This document shows, one piece after another, positions 44,584-57,833 of a stretch of DNA of 64,000 nucleotides (its first letter is position 1; every line of letters begins with the position of its first letter). Location: positions 434,001 through 498,000 of the forward strand of contig NW_019028998.1 in assembly GCF_002105155.1 (NCBI RefSeq), written 5' to 3'. The notes beneath the pieces were generated by a model that saw only the letters and a program-made list of their open reading frames with translations, made no database searches and was not told the origin of the DNA. Made by a program: the position numbers and the translations under genes. The stretch is from Lobosporangium transversale (taxonomy: Eukaryota).

Positions 44584-45311
44584 GTCCTTTGTTAAATATT
44601 TTATGGGTATAGATGCTTCAAATCTTATTTTATTTTATCTTTTGTTGCATCCCATGTACACAAAGTTGTCTGTACAAAACAAATCACGGATACCAGGTAT
44701 CCTCCTTTATCATTATTTTAGTAAGGAGTGATACGGGGACGTAAGAGTGAAGGGAAAAGATATAAGGATGATGTCAGATTTCTATTTCCTCTTCCTCTTT
44801 TTTTTTTTTTTCTTCCTGTATTATACTTTATAAGAAATAAAAATTAAAAATATGAAAAATAATTAAAAAAAAAAAAAAAAACAAAAGGTTCATTATGTGA
44901 CATTAATGATACTGATGCTCGTGTGGTACGGATCTTTGATCAGAGAAAAGGGAACCTGCATGTCTTTTTTCTTCTAGATCGTCGTCATCTTTGTCGATAA
45001 ATAAGCTAAGCCTTACTTTTATAAGATCAACCATATATACGTAACGGATATAGCAGGTTCCGGAAATGTCTGTTCCTGATCCAGGCAGAATTAATTAAAT
45101 AAAAAAAGATCGACCTCCGCCCCTTGTTGCAGACTAAAGTATGAAATGACGGGTCTAATGCTTTATTTATGACGTTCATTACCTGAATTAGGTTTCAATA
45201 TATACGTGGAAGTCTAACTGAGTACAAAAAAATAGACAGGGCCCTTGGGGTCGTGCTATTGTATACAAATAAATGTACTATCCAAGTCCCACTATGACTA
45301 GTCCTTACGAT

Positions 45312-45349
<38 letters not shown>

Positions 45350-45797
45350 TGCTTAGATATATATATTTATACTAAATTAATTAATAGATGGATCGTATAT
45401 CAGTTATGATATTGCCCGCTATTCATGGTCGTATGAGGAATGACGATCTCTGAAATATTAGGACCGTGCTGTGAAGGATGTAGGGTCGTGTGGTCTTTTA
45501 GTCAGGTATTCAGGCGGATGTTCCCATTAAACATGTACCCTTCTGAGCCACAATTCGGAAGTGGCTTTTTAAAAAAATTATTTGTGATTGTTGACAGAAT
45601 TGCTAAGCCTGACAGATCCTCTTGCAGCCAGATCAATAAAAAAATATGCACGTAGAATCTGATTTTCTCATAGACACAATAAATAAATAACAAATTGGTC
45701 AGCATGTGCTTTCTAATGTATAGAACGAAGCATCAACACAGCACCTTGAATCTATAAAAACCCGCCCTCTTTGTCTAACCCTGTCTGCATCCTTTTG

Positions 45798-45831
<34 letters not shown>

Positions 45832-45918
45832 CCAACTCTTTATCTTTTCCTACCCTTTAAACTCACGTGCATAAACACAAACAAAGAAAGTTTAAAAGCA
45901 ACACGTAAAACAGAAACA

Positions 45919-46803
45919 ATGTCTTCCTCACTTTCCGGAGTCTCACGGTCGGTTGTTAAGTCTGTTCTCTCAAAGGAACAGGCCGAAGGTCGAGGCGCAA
46001 GAGTTCGTCGATCTATTGGACGGCCCGAACTCCGTAATCACGATCCTTTCCTCATGCTCGACGAGTTCAATGTTGACAAGAACGGTGGCTTCCCTGACCA
46101 CCCTCACCGTGGATTCGAGACCGTCACTTATATGCTTGAGGGTCAGTTCCAGCATGAAGACTTTGCAGGACACAAAGGGACCATCGGACCTGGAGACTTG
46201 CAATGGATGACTGCTGGACGTGGTATTGTCCATTCAGAGATGCCTGTCAAGTCCCAGACCCGTGCTCATGGACTTCAGCTCTGGATCAACTTGCCCAAGG
46301 AACACAAGATGTGTGAGCCTCAATACCAGGAGCTGCTCGATGGCCAGATCCCTCGTGCTAATCCACAGGAAGGAGTGGTGGTGAAGGTGATTGCAGGCGA
46401 GTCACATGGAGTCAAGAGCAAGGTCTACACTCGCACACCAACAATGTATCTCGATTTCAAGATGGACAAGAACAAAGCAGTTGAGCAATCCATCCCTGCC
46501 AACTACACTGGATTCATCTACACACTCAAGGGAACCATTTATGTAGGTGACAAGGAGTTCAAGGGTGAGGCTCACCACACCCTTACGTTCTCGGAGGACG
46601 GAGCCGAAACAGTCAAGATCACAACCAAGGATGAGGACGCCCACTTTGTGTTGATTGCAGGCGAGCCTTTGAAGGAACCCATTGTTCAACATGGACCATT
46701 TGTAATGAACTCACAAAAGGAGATCTATGACACGTTTGAAGATTATCATGGTGGCAAAAACGGCTTTGAACGTGCACCCAACTGGCATTCGACGATTGCT
46801 TAA
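45919..46803 (+). CDS. Pirin (bicupin, quercetinase-like); single exon
   Basis: EGRGARVRRSIG, DPFLMLDEF, GFPDHPHRGFETVTY, QWMTAGRGIVHSEMP, GLQLWINLP and EPIVQHGPFVMN. Confidence 0.96.
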   Translation: MSSSLSGVSRSVVKSVLSKEQAEGRGARVRRSIGRPELRNHDPFLMLDEFNVDKNGGFPDHPHRGFETVTYMLEGQFQHEDFAGHKGTIGPGDLQWMTAGRGIVHSEMPVKSQTRAHGLQLWINLPKEHKMCEPQYQELLDGQIPRANPQEGVVVKVIAGESHGVKSKVYTRTPTMYLDFKMDKNKAVEQSIPANYTGFIYTLKGTIYVGDKEFKGEAHHTLTFSEDGAETVKITTKDEDAHFVLIAGEPLKEPIVQHGPFVMNSQKEIYDTFEDYHGGKNGFERAPNWHSTIA

Positions 46804-49719
46804 AAAAAGATCATCCATAATTGTTAGTAATTATAGTAATAATAAATTCTCATTCCATTTAATATGCATGGTCACGGACCTATTATGCCTTTGTTGTTGT
46901 TGAAAGGAAAGAAATAAGAACATTAATTTATAAAATGTATATTTGTAGTATGTAAATGTCGTACAGAAGAATACTGCACGCGCATTCTAAGGAGATGTCC
47001 GTCCAGATCAATATTCTTCTGTTGAGACCCATTCTGGACCCCTGATCCCCCAATCCCTGTAGAGCAATTACTAAATACAGCAGCTAGCTGCAGGTGGCAA
47101 TATTAGCAGCATCGAGAGTATAGAAATATGGATATAACAATGATAGGCACTTGAAATTGCTCTTAAGAGAAACAGGGAAAGAATGGACTGCGCCGTGGGC
47201 GGAGCAATGTGTGACGTTTTTCCAACCTTAAATTGTCTCTCCTTATAAACAAAATGGTTACACTGTTTACATGAACATGAAAATAAATATTATGTTGTCT
47301 GTTAAAGCGGCTTGGGAACATTGCTCGACTTGACTTCCCACGGAATTAAATATGTCGTGTTGTCGCGTGAGTATGGGGCAAAAGAAAGTGAGGGAGACGG
47401 TGAACAAACATTTGTAGCAAATATCAATTGACTGTTGGTGTTGGTGGCGTGATAACAGGACATGATGTGGGAGCTAGGGGCGATTGAGAAGATAAAGTTG
47501 CGGACGCTTTGTCAGGTCTATTTCGCCCAAATCTTCAAGGACAGGAGCACCGCTCATCTGATGAGTGTCTCCTTTCTTTAGTTTTAACTAATTGTGCAAA
47601 CGTCTTTTTGAGAACGTCACATGCGATTCTAAAGACTACTAGGATCATTTGTGGCCTCATCTGCTGGACAGGAAGCCGATTCTTACAATGTTGATTGATT
47701 ATTGAGCGGTAGTAAGGTATTGTCACCGTCACAGTCGAGGAAGAGAGGGTTGTCTTCCTGTTTATTGCTGAGATCTATGTGCAGTGGCGTTAAAGGGCAG
47801 TATATTGGTATAATGGAGGGTTAGGGCAAAGCAAGGCAATGTGAACAGTCTGCGCCCTATTCTTGTCTGTCACTGTATTTACCTTTTATACTTCCTTCCC
47901 CTGCTGTGCCCAAAAAGATTTTTTTGTTGGTAATCCAATCCAATCCATCCGTGTGTGAGTGAGAGAGAGGAGTTATTCGCGCCCTCTGCTCTGGATACTT
48001 GCCGTTTTGAACTTTCCCCTCTTCTCTCTCTTTCTCTCTCCCCCTTTCTCTTCCATACTGTTCTCTTCGCAGTCGGATCCGAAGATCGATTCAATCTATT
48101 CATCATTTTCAATCTTACCCTCATCCTCATTCAGCCCCATCCTTCCCCACCCCACTCCACTCTACTCTCCATCCATTCCTTTCCTGGCAACTCTTTGCTT
48201 TTTTAATTTTTAATTTTTTTTTTTTTTTTTTTTTTTTCTCTTTGATCTACCTTGATTTCTTTGCATTCAACCTCATTTTATCATTTGTTTTTATTTTTAC
48301 ATTCGCACAGAGTAAGATCCATCTATCTACATTCATTTTACGACATCCACTCCTACTTTGTTGCACTTTCGATTATACAAAACATCAGGAACAAGGGCGC
48401 CCTTCGATAACAACCTTGCTTTTTTTTTTTTTTTTTTCTTTTTTTTTGAGGGCGGACTCATGGATGTGTGTATGTGCTTCGTGGTTTTTGGAAAAGTAAA
48501 AGAAATTGGCTCCATAATTATCTCAGTTCAATTTGGATGCAGAGGACGTCTTCGCCCGACAGACATCTCCGAGAGAGTAAACTGAGAGCCAATTCTATTT
48601 ACTCTCTAATCCCTTTCACGTTTTTTATTCTTCCTGGTCTCTACCTCTCCACAGTTCCAAGGCAAAAGGACTTGTTACACTTCCATTCTTCACAAACAAA
48701 AACATCTCTTCTTGAACGATGACTACATCTAGCCGTTTATTTTTTATTTTTCTTATTTTTTTTACTCCAAATATTTCCGAAAGATGTACTTGGGATTGGA
48801 GCAACAGCCCAAAATGGATTTTCCTACTGACCATGTTTTACTTGAAGTAATGAGTTTCAATCGGGTTTTATCCCCCTCACATATCGTTAACGAAAAGACT
48901 GCGACCTTCAATCTCGGATACTATCTTCGTGCAACCGAAAAAAAAGTTTTTCTCTAGAATTTGAGTAGCAACTCTTCTTTTTCTTCCTTGGTTAGAAATG
49001 ATAGGATATTGATTTTTTTTTTTTTTTTTTCTCTCCAAAAAGAATCGTATTCTTGTAGAAATTCTGTCCTGATTGATTTACTTTTCGTCATTGGGCGCAA
49101 TTCTCTCCTGGTATTTACACTTCATTAATATTGAACTCTCAAGTAAAAGCCTTTGCAAGCATTAGTATGACCATGACCAGTTCAAGGTAGGTTAACATGA
49201 ATTCACCATTCTTTATTGATCGTCTAAAGAGACAGGAAGGATTTTGGATAGAGGATGCAATCATTAGGGTTATCAGATTATCAGTATAAATGTGAAGGGG
49301 AAAGTAAACGTTTTGAATACAGAGTTTGCACGTGTGTATTATTTTGGTGTGTGGAATGGTTGCCGCGTACTTTTCTGTTTTGCATATTATGGACAAGAAG
49401 GAAGTGTGGCTTCAGGGAATGGATGCATACCATTAAAACAAAATCGTGTCGTGTCTTTGTGACCTCAAAAGAAGCGCGATAATCGAGATCCTCTTTCGGA
49501 ACTGTGGCGAAAAAAAAAAAAAAAAAAAAAAAATTGAAGAGCATCATCTTTCATCTTTGGGTCATCCCCTATTCTTTCTCCCTAAATTTCACCGTATTTA
49601 TTATGATTATCAGAAAGGATCTTCACTGGCGGGTTGAGACTAGCTTCATTGCATCAATTGGGCGAGTGCAGATGGTCCTAGTGCAATTGAGACAGGATAT
49701 ATGAAGAAGAGTTGGCTAT

Positions 49720-49752
<33 letters not shown>

Positions 49753-50289
49753 CAAGGACTTTCTGCATGCGTACATGTGTATTGAAATGCTCAATGCATG
49801 TCATCAAAAGAGATTTGTCTGTGGCAGTGGGCGTGTGCTTGTCCTCCCAGCTCATCCCAGCCCGTCCCACCCCCAAAGCCAGCCCCTGTACCTCCACCCA
49901 CATTTCACAATCATTTCAAATCTGTTCTGCTAGTCTCTATTAAAGATTGCAGAAAAAGAATATCTATAAAAAAAAAGATAGCAATATCCATCTTTTGTGT
50001 TTGTCACGAAAGCCGAGAGAATGCTCTTCACGCGTTCTATCATTCACATCATTCACATCATTCACCAGGTTTCCGATGACCTAGAGTGATTTTAGTTTGA
50101 AATTCATGAGACAAAACAGACTTCCTCGTGCCACAGTCCCCTCACTCGTCCAACCATATTTTACACTTTAATCATTTTTTGCTACGCCCTTTCTCCACCG
50201 AGTCCTGACCTGCTTTTTGTTTTCCTTCTTTGACATTTACACGTAGTAGCTTGGCTGATCCGTCCTCTACCACTCTCCCCGAGACTGAT

Positions 50290-50657
50290 ATGACTCGTCA
50301 TCCGCTTCAGTCACTTGATCAACAGCAGCAACATCAGCTGCAAGACCAACAAGGACAACAAACTCGACCTGCGTCCCAGGACCGCAGCCTGCTTCCACAA
50401 TCGGTTAACCTGACTGTCTCTAGATTCAGCCGCGACTGTACCGCAAGCGTCGTGTTTAGTTTACGTGACTCCAATCCTACTACTGTTGCACCCTGGAATT
50501 CGATTTACATTCCAAAGCATTACCGTGCACCCAATACTGGTCAACGACAATCTTCACCAGGTAATGATCTCGCATGATCACTTCCAGCTCCATTGATCTT
50601 TTTTTTTTTTTTTTTTTTTTTTTTCTCTTTCCAATCATTTCTCCGATCATGGATTGC

Positions 50658-50689
<32 letters not shown>

Positions 50690-53600
50690 CCCTCGGGTTG
50701 TGCACGACGGCCCACATCTCCAATCGTACAAACAAATACACACGCACAAATATACACACAAAAAAAAAAAAAGCGACTGGCTCTTCGCTACCCACGCGTC
50801 ATGATGAGAACGTGCTGGTTATTCAGATGTATCTGTTGCTTTGTTGCTTGATTGCATCAAGACAACTTGAAAGCCCTTCTCAATGAGTAGCTGATATGTT
50901 GGGATGAAAGGAACGGGACAAACAGTTTAAATTGATAAAGAATCGGAAAACTCTAGTTGAGTCTTACATCTCGAGATAATTTTATTTCGTACGATCTGCA
51001 CATGCTTTCCATTTGTGATCCTTGTATCTTTTTTTTTTTCTTATTGTGGCAACGGGAGGCTCAGTTTCGTACAATACATCCGCCCATTCCGAAAGAAACC
51101 TTGTTTTGCCTGGAGTGCTATCATCATTGTTGTCAGTTATTATTAATTACCGTTCAAATTTTTGAATTTTACAATACACCATTCATTCTTTTATCTCTTG
51201 TGTTCATTCAAATCCTCTTGGAGCTCCTTTAATGCACCATCGAAAACTCGCATATTCATTATTGTCTATTTATATCATGTGATTTAGGCGACTGGGACCT
51301 CGTATTGAAGATCTTTCCTCGGTTAGCTTTGCCCAATGCTGATCTACACACCTTCAAGTCACAGGATCTTATCTCTCCTTGTGAACGTTGCAGGGTATGT
51401 GCTGTGCTGAACATGTATCAATCAATAATTAATCTTTAAACAATTAAATGTATTGAACACTCTGCAATATGTTTATTAATAGACCAAGAAGCGCGACACG
51501 TTCCAAGTCGTAGGACCGGATCCTACGGTGCCATCTCCTCAACGTTTATTTTTTTCCACTGGCGAAATCCGTATTTTCTTCAAGATCTGTTGTCCGCCAT
51601 CACATCATGCCAGTACCGATGAAAATAACGGTTACATGTATGTAAATATTAATTATATTTCAATCGCATTCATCTATTTCTTATTGCCAATAACAATGTT
51701 ATTTCCCCTATTAAATTGCATTCTTCTGGATATAACAGCATCACTTTTGAACTCCACCACGGCAAGCGTATACTCATGTCCCAGACCATTAAGAACGCTG
51801 GCCCTGGAATGGTTCCTGAGCCTGTGGCCATGGATAATCTTCCTTCATTGTCTCGTCCTGTAAAGCGCAAGATGTCTTTGCCACCTACTAGGTATGAAAA
51901 TATTTCATGCGTGTCTCTTTCTTTTTTATAATCATTATAATGACACTAATAGTACAGGACCTTACCTATGGCTACTTAAATAATAGTAGCTTGGATGCTG
52001 CAGATCCGTTCGCCCAAGCTGAAAATGGATCTATACCTCGCAAACGATCTACAGTTATGTCTTTGATGAATTTAATATCGGATGAGCCTCCATCACCTGG
52101 CACTATATCTAGTGCTGCAACGGCAGACCCATCTTCGCCAACAACAGCTGTGGTTCCCCTCTCACCCGATTCGTATCAAAATGAGCGTGACGAACTCAAC
52201 GCGCGTGAGAGGAACAAGAGTCTCTCGTATGATGATCAAGCTCCGTCGTCATGGTCTTATGGGAAAGAACCCAAGCCCGAATCGGGACGTGTTGAAGTGG
52301 CTCGATCAAAGCCAGCATCTTCTGTTGCTTCTACCAGCACTGCAAGTACAGCTAACACTTCTAACACCACAGCTGTCACCGCCAATACGAAGCCGATTAA
52401 GAAGCGCCAGGAGCCCCATGAGTTGAGCGAACTGGGCATTGGGCAGAGGGCCTCTGCTAATCTTCATGCAGCATATGTGAATGGACAGCTTAGGGAGCGG
52501 TCAAAGGCTGGTCTTCCAACAGATGGACTGGTGGACATCGCTCCCAAGTCGAAGCCTGCTTCCAATAAGCCCAAGCCTTCACACGCCTGCCCTGAACCTG
52601 ACTGTGACAAGAGCTTTTCGCGCCTGTTCAACCTTCGGTCTCACATGCGCACTCATTCAAAAGCCCGACCTTTTGTCTGTGAATCATGTAACTTTGCTTT
52701 TTCACGTCGCCACGACCGCGACCGTCATGCAAAGAAGCACTTGTCCGAGAAGCCCTACAAATGTATTGTCTGCGAAGCTACCTTCGTGCGACAGGATGCT
52801 TTGGTGCGACATCTTCGGATGGATGGTGTTCAGAATCAGTGCATGGCAGCGATGGAACAGCGATCTATGCTAATGAGCAACAGTGAAAATAACAACAACT
52901 ATATGATCGCTGCCAAGCAACAGGTTCAGGATGAGCAGCAGAATGGCAGCGAAAATGGTAGCAACGAAAAGAAACGTTCAGCAAAGCGTCAGCAAAGCAA
53001 AGACTCATCAGATCAAGATGACGCAGCCTCGGAGGATGACGAGGAGGCGGACAACGGCGAACATGTGGAGAAAGATGATGATGATGATGATGGCGAAAAA
53101 GATGTAGAAGAGGAGGATCTGGAACCTAAAGGGCGGACCTCGCCAAAATTCACCAAATCAATCGAGAAAGCTTCAGTTTCACGTACAGAGCTGGCGCAAA
53201 AAAAGACTATTTCCAAAGACGATGGTGGTAAACACGCGATGGCTATCAAGGGAGAACATCTGTCTGAGAGACAGGTTCAGGTCTCTCAACCACCTACACC
53301 ACCCCAGGAGCGAACTGGCGCTCATGATGCTGGCATCATTGAGAAAGATGTCATTTATGACCCTAGCAAGCAGGCATCCTATCCGATGGCCATGCGTTAT
53401 GAGAAGGGATTTGGCCCTCAGGACTTTTATGCTGAGGATCGCTATGGGTCTACTACACATTCGTCTCACCCACGATCATTCTATCCCAGCCCATTACGTT
53501 CGCACTCTCGTTCCCATTCACAGTCGCAACCGTATCCAGAGTATCATTCCCCAAACCACCACGATTTAGTGCCTTCTGCCTATCCTCCACCACCCCTTGT

Positions 53601-53964
53601 ATATCATGGGTCTCAATCAAAATACCAACCTCATGGACAGCATGGACACCATTATCGAGATATACCGCAAAGCTATGGCTACTCAGGGCCACATTCCTCG
53701 CGTTATCATGAGCGAGCTCCTAATCACGAAGGGAGAGGCCATCCACTGTATGGTGATCACTCACATCATATAGACCAATATGGGCCATATCCCGCTCGCG
53801 ACTCAACCACGGACAGTGCAGGCGAGGGACACAGCATGGGATCTCAGCTGTGGGTCAGCGGTGCAGCTCAAGATATGCACACAGATCTTTCTGAGCTTGA
53901 GCCTGATAAATCTATTTTAGAGGCTGCCATGGGACTTTTACGTATTCGCGCTTCTCAATGGTAA
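50290..53964 (+). CDS. Transcription factor with three C2H2-type zinc fingers and a Cys/His-containing N-terminal domain. Exons 50290-50560, 51288-51394, 51483-51637, 51739-51891, 51990-53964
   Basis: Fingers CPEPDC..HMRTH, CESC..HAKKH and CIVC..RHLR. Four upstream exons are joined by phase-consistent GT-AG introns (phases 1, 0, 2, 2) with no stops. Confidence 0.85.
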
Positions 53965-54294
53965 ATGAATACCAATTGATATATTTTTAATCAAACACAA
54001 CACCCCAAAAACTCAGGACTACACAAAACCATTATATCACTTTGCACAGTCGAACATAATCCATGTCTTGCATCAGATCATTTGCGAAAAGAAAAAAAAC
54101 AAAGTCCAGACAATGTATATTAGATATTAATAAAAAAATAAAAAAATAAAAAAATAAAAAAAAGCCCTCCCACTTCAATTGAATCTTTTGGTGGCGTTTA
54201 AAATGTGACTAGTGTTTTTCTTTAATGCTCTCTTTGATTCACAAAGTAACCATTCTTCATTGAGGCTCAATCTATTAATGCGACTCGTCTTACA

Positions 54295-56378
54295 ATGTCC
54301 GAAGCACAGAGTTCAGTAGTAAAGGGGCTTGCAGCTTTACCGCAGCAAGAAAGTTCAGCTTTAAAGGAAGAAGAACATGGTTTCCATTCTACAGATACAA
54401 CTAGTACAGAAGACCGAGAAGCAGATCTCTCAAAGACTACGACGGCGAAGGCAGAAATGCCAGCAACAACGGAGACAGAGCCTGCGACAGCGGCAGCGAC
54501 AGCAACAACAGCGGAAACAGAAACAGTAGAGACGACAGAAGAAGCTGATCCAAGAAGTAAAAACCCGTTTTGGAAACCAAGACCACCACCTATTATGGGA
54601 CCCGATGGCAAGCCTTTGTCAAGAAATGCAATGAAGAAGTTACTAAAGCAGCAACAGTTTGAGGAACGGAAGCCACAACTCCGAGCTCAGGAAAAACTGA
54701 AGCGCAAACAAAAGAGCAAAGAGCGTCATGATGCGATTGAAGCCGGTACGAGAAGGAGAAAAAAAAAAAAAAAAAAAAAAAAGAAAGAAAGAGAAAAGCA
54801 TTTGGATAGCTAACGCAGTCTCTGTTGATAGGCTTAATCCCGCCACCACCAAAACGCCATAAGAGCGACCAGATCCATACAGGGATTACAATTGGGGTTG
54901 ACATGTCCTTTGATGACTTGATGTTAGAGAAGGTGACCTACTTTGCTTTCGAAAAAAACAAAAAAAAAAAAAAAAAAAAGAAATCCAGGTGATAGTGTCT
55001 AAGCTAACTAGCGCCATAAATATGATCGATTGCAGAATGACATTAATCTTTTTCTTTTTTTCAATTTTTTTTTTCCTCTCAGGAAGTCAAATCAATGGTG
55101 GATCAGATCAAACGCTGTTACTCTTACAACAGGACGTGCGAAAAGATTGTACATTTGGCTCTCACTTCATTTACAGGTCAATCGAAGCAAGAGTTTTGCA
55201 AGCGTGCCAATGGATTTGAGCTCTGGAAGAACTTCACGATCCATGAAAAAGGGCTTGAAGAAGTTTGGCCTTCAGAAGAGATTTCTGGTAAACAGCATTT
55301 GGCTGAGCTCAAGAGGCTTCAAGCAATTGCCTCTGCTAAATCAGAAGCCGTCAAGGCGAAGGTCTTGGCGACTTATGCTCAGACAGAATCAGCTTCGTCT
55401 TCAGCGTCAACTTTGGCGCCATTACCGATAGCTACGGGAGCAGAAGAAGGAGGAGTAAATGAAAAGAATTCATCAGAGGCATTACTTTCGTCTGCTTCAA
55501 CAACAGAATCAGGACTTGGTGCTTTATCAGAGGTGGCCATACAAAATGCTGTAGAAAAACAGGATAATATTTCAGCAAAGGAGGCTGAGGCATCGCCATT
55601 TGTTGATCAGACTTACACCTCACCACTTTCTACTCCAGGGACTCCAGCAACTTTGGAAAATGGGACCACAACCAACCCAGCCCTTGACATTAAAGCATTA
55701 GAGAAGGAGCGCCAGCAAAAGGAGGAAAAGCTGGCGACGATCCCCGCAGTTAAAAAAGTTGTTTATCTGAGTGCAGACTCGCCTAATACGATCACGCAAC
55801 TTGAAGAAAATACATGTTATGTTCTTGGAGGAATTGTTGATAAGAACCGATATCCAAATTTATGTCAGAACAAGGCGGAAAAACTGGGGATTGAAACTGC
55901 TCAGTTGCCTATTGGCGATTACATCCAAATGTCAAGCCGACGTATCCTCACTGTCAACCAGGGTAACAAAAAAAAAAAAAAAGAAAAGAAAAAAAGAAGG
56001 AACGACGTTGTTGAATTCCAGATGTAATTTCCTCATACTCCTTTTTTTTTCCTCGTTTTCTTTGAAGTCTTTGAAATTTTGTTACAGTTCATTGAGTGCA
56101 ACGACTGGAAGGAGGCTTTTTTAAAGGTGATTCCACAGCGTAAATTGGAAGAAAAGCCTAGAGTTCGCCGGAGTGTCGAGTCTTGGAGACCTAATCATCA
56201 TGCACGGGATGAACAGCTGTCTGGTTTTGATTCTAGGGAGAGTAGATCCGGAAGCGAAGCTAGAAGCATCACTAGCAGTCATGAGAGCGAGGACGAAGGA
56301 GGCTGGGGTAGGGAGGGAGAAGTACAGGATCAACCTATGGACACTGATGAGTTTAAAAAGAGGAGTGATTCAGTATAA
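54295..56378 (+). CDS. TRM10: tRNA m1G9 methyltransferase Trm10. Exons 54295-54745, 54832-54932, 55083-55962, 56068-56378
   Basis: LSRNAMKKLLK, VDMSFDDLMLEKEVKSM..QIKRCYSYNR, VYLSADS, YVLGGIVDKNRY, LPIGDYI..SRRILTVNQVFEI and WKEAFLKVIPQRK. Confidence 0.93.
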
Positions 56379-56939
56379 AATAAATATACATACTGTTTTC
56401 AAGGTCATTTCAACAGGTCCTTTAATATTAAATCGTCTAAAAAAAGAAAAAAGAAAGAGGGAAAAGAAAAAGAGAAGTATTTTGTGTTCCTAGTGCATGC
56501 TTTCCAGTATGCATAAAAATGCGTAATGTTTGTTCATCTGAGGAGTTTTTGAGATTTTGGTATTTTGGGCGCAGCAGAAACGCCACCAAAAAATACAAAA
56601 GGAAAGGCCCATGAACCAAGCCTCCCTTTCACGAAATCACTTCCCTTCTTCGCCTGCTCCTCATGGATGCTCATGGATAAGACCAAGGACTTTCGCTCCT
56701 CTTCTCAGAAAGCGCTTGCTCTAAAGCTCAATAGGTTACAGGCATCAAGTTCCTTTTTTTTTTTATTTTTTTTTTTTTTATAACATCTTTGTAAAGCTCA
56801 TGCTGTAAAAGTTTTTTTTTTTTTTCTTACAGCCACATGCACAATGCTTTAGATACCGAGCCCCCTTTTCTAGTGAATAGGCCATAAAGCTTTTAGCGTG
56901 CCAGTGCTACACGGACCCTCGCCCGCCCTGACGACTATT

Positions 56940-57236
56940 ACAGTACTGAGAATAGTTTGCGATGGCTATCCATGATTGTGGTCTTGTAAATAAGCCCAGT
57001 TTTTATTGCAGTAAGTATAATGGTTACGATCTCCTCTGTGGGGATTACAAATTGGATACTTATTAATGAAGCTATTAATTGAGATAACATTGTCAATGGA
57101 TTGAGCATCATCGCAGGCTCGGCTACTCTTATGTGCGAGAATCGCAACGCTTTATAAAGTCACTTGAGTTGTTTGCATGTGTATTACTTGATGTTTGAAG
57201 ACATTTAAAGTACGGAACTATAAAGGAATGGACCCA

Positions 57237-57272
<36 letters not shown>

Positions 57273-57833
57273 CGAGAGCGAACTGAATAGACGCCATATT
57301 TTCAAGCTTAACATTGCCTCTTTTTAATCATTTAGGTCCCTGTTTCACAACTCAGCAGTGCCAAGTCTCCAATGCGGCAAAGCGCATCAGGCAATAGCAG
57401 CAGTACAAATAGTATCAGACAGAGCCATAAGAACCCCAATGAAGCATCAACAGGCAGGAACCCAGATTAAAAATTAAGAAACATCGCCATTTTACACATA
57501 GTTAAAGCTTGACGATGCCCACAGACCAGGCGGGGATCTTCCTTATTACACCAAACCAACCCTTTTACTAAAGGATGCATAGAGACATGTTATTACAACT
57601 CATCCACTACAAAGCCTCTTCCTAATTCCTTACCAACAGCATAGTACATCAACCAGAGATCGAGACGACTAGAAGCAGTCTTATCGCCGCCTGTCGTCCA
57701 CTATACATAGGAAACCGTATCGATTGTAGATACTACTACAGCTCAACCTCCCATTGAACAAGACAAGGGTGATGACGATGCCTTGGACGAGTTGCTAGGT
57801 GGTCCAGGCGATTATACGTTATTTGGTACTTAA
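56940..57833 (+). pseudogene. Possible decayed gene relic, tentatively HROB/DUF4539-like
   Basis: Coding-like composition broken by stops, an intron-like acceptor near 57335, and an acidic end DKGDDDALDELLGGPGDYTLFGT*. The family call is speculative. Confidence 0.25.
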
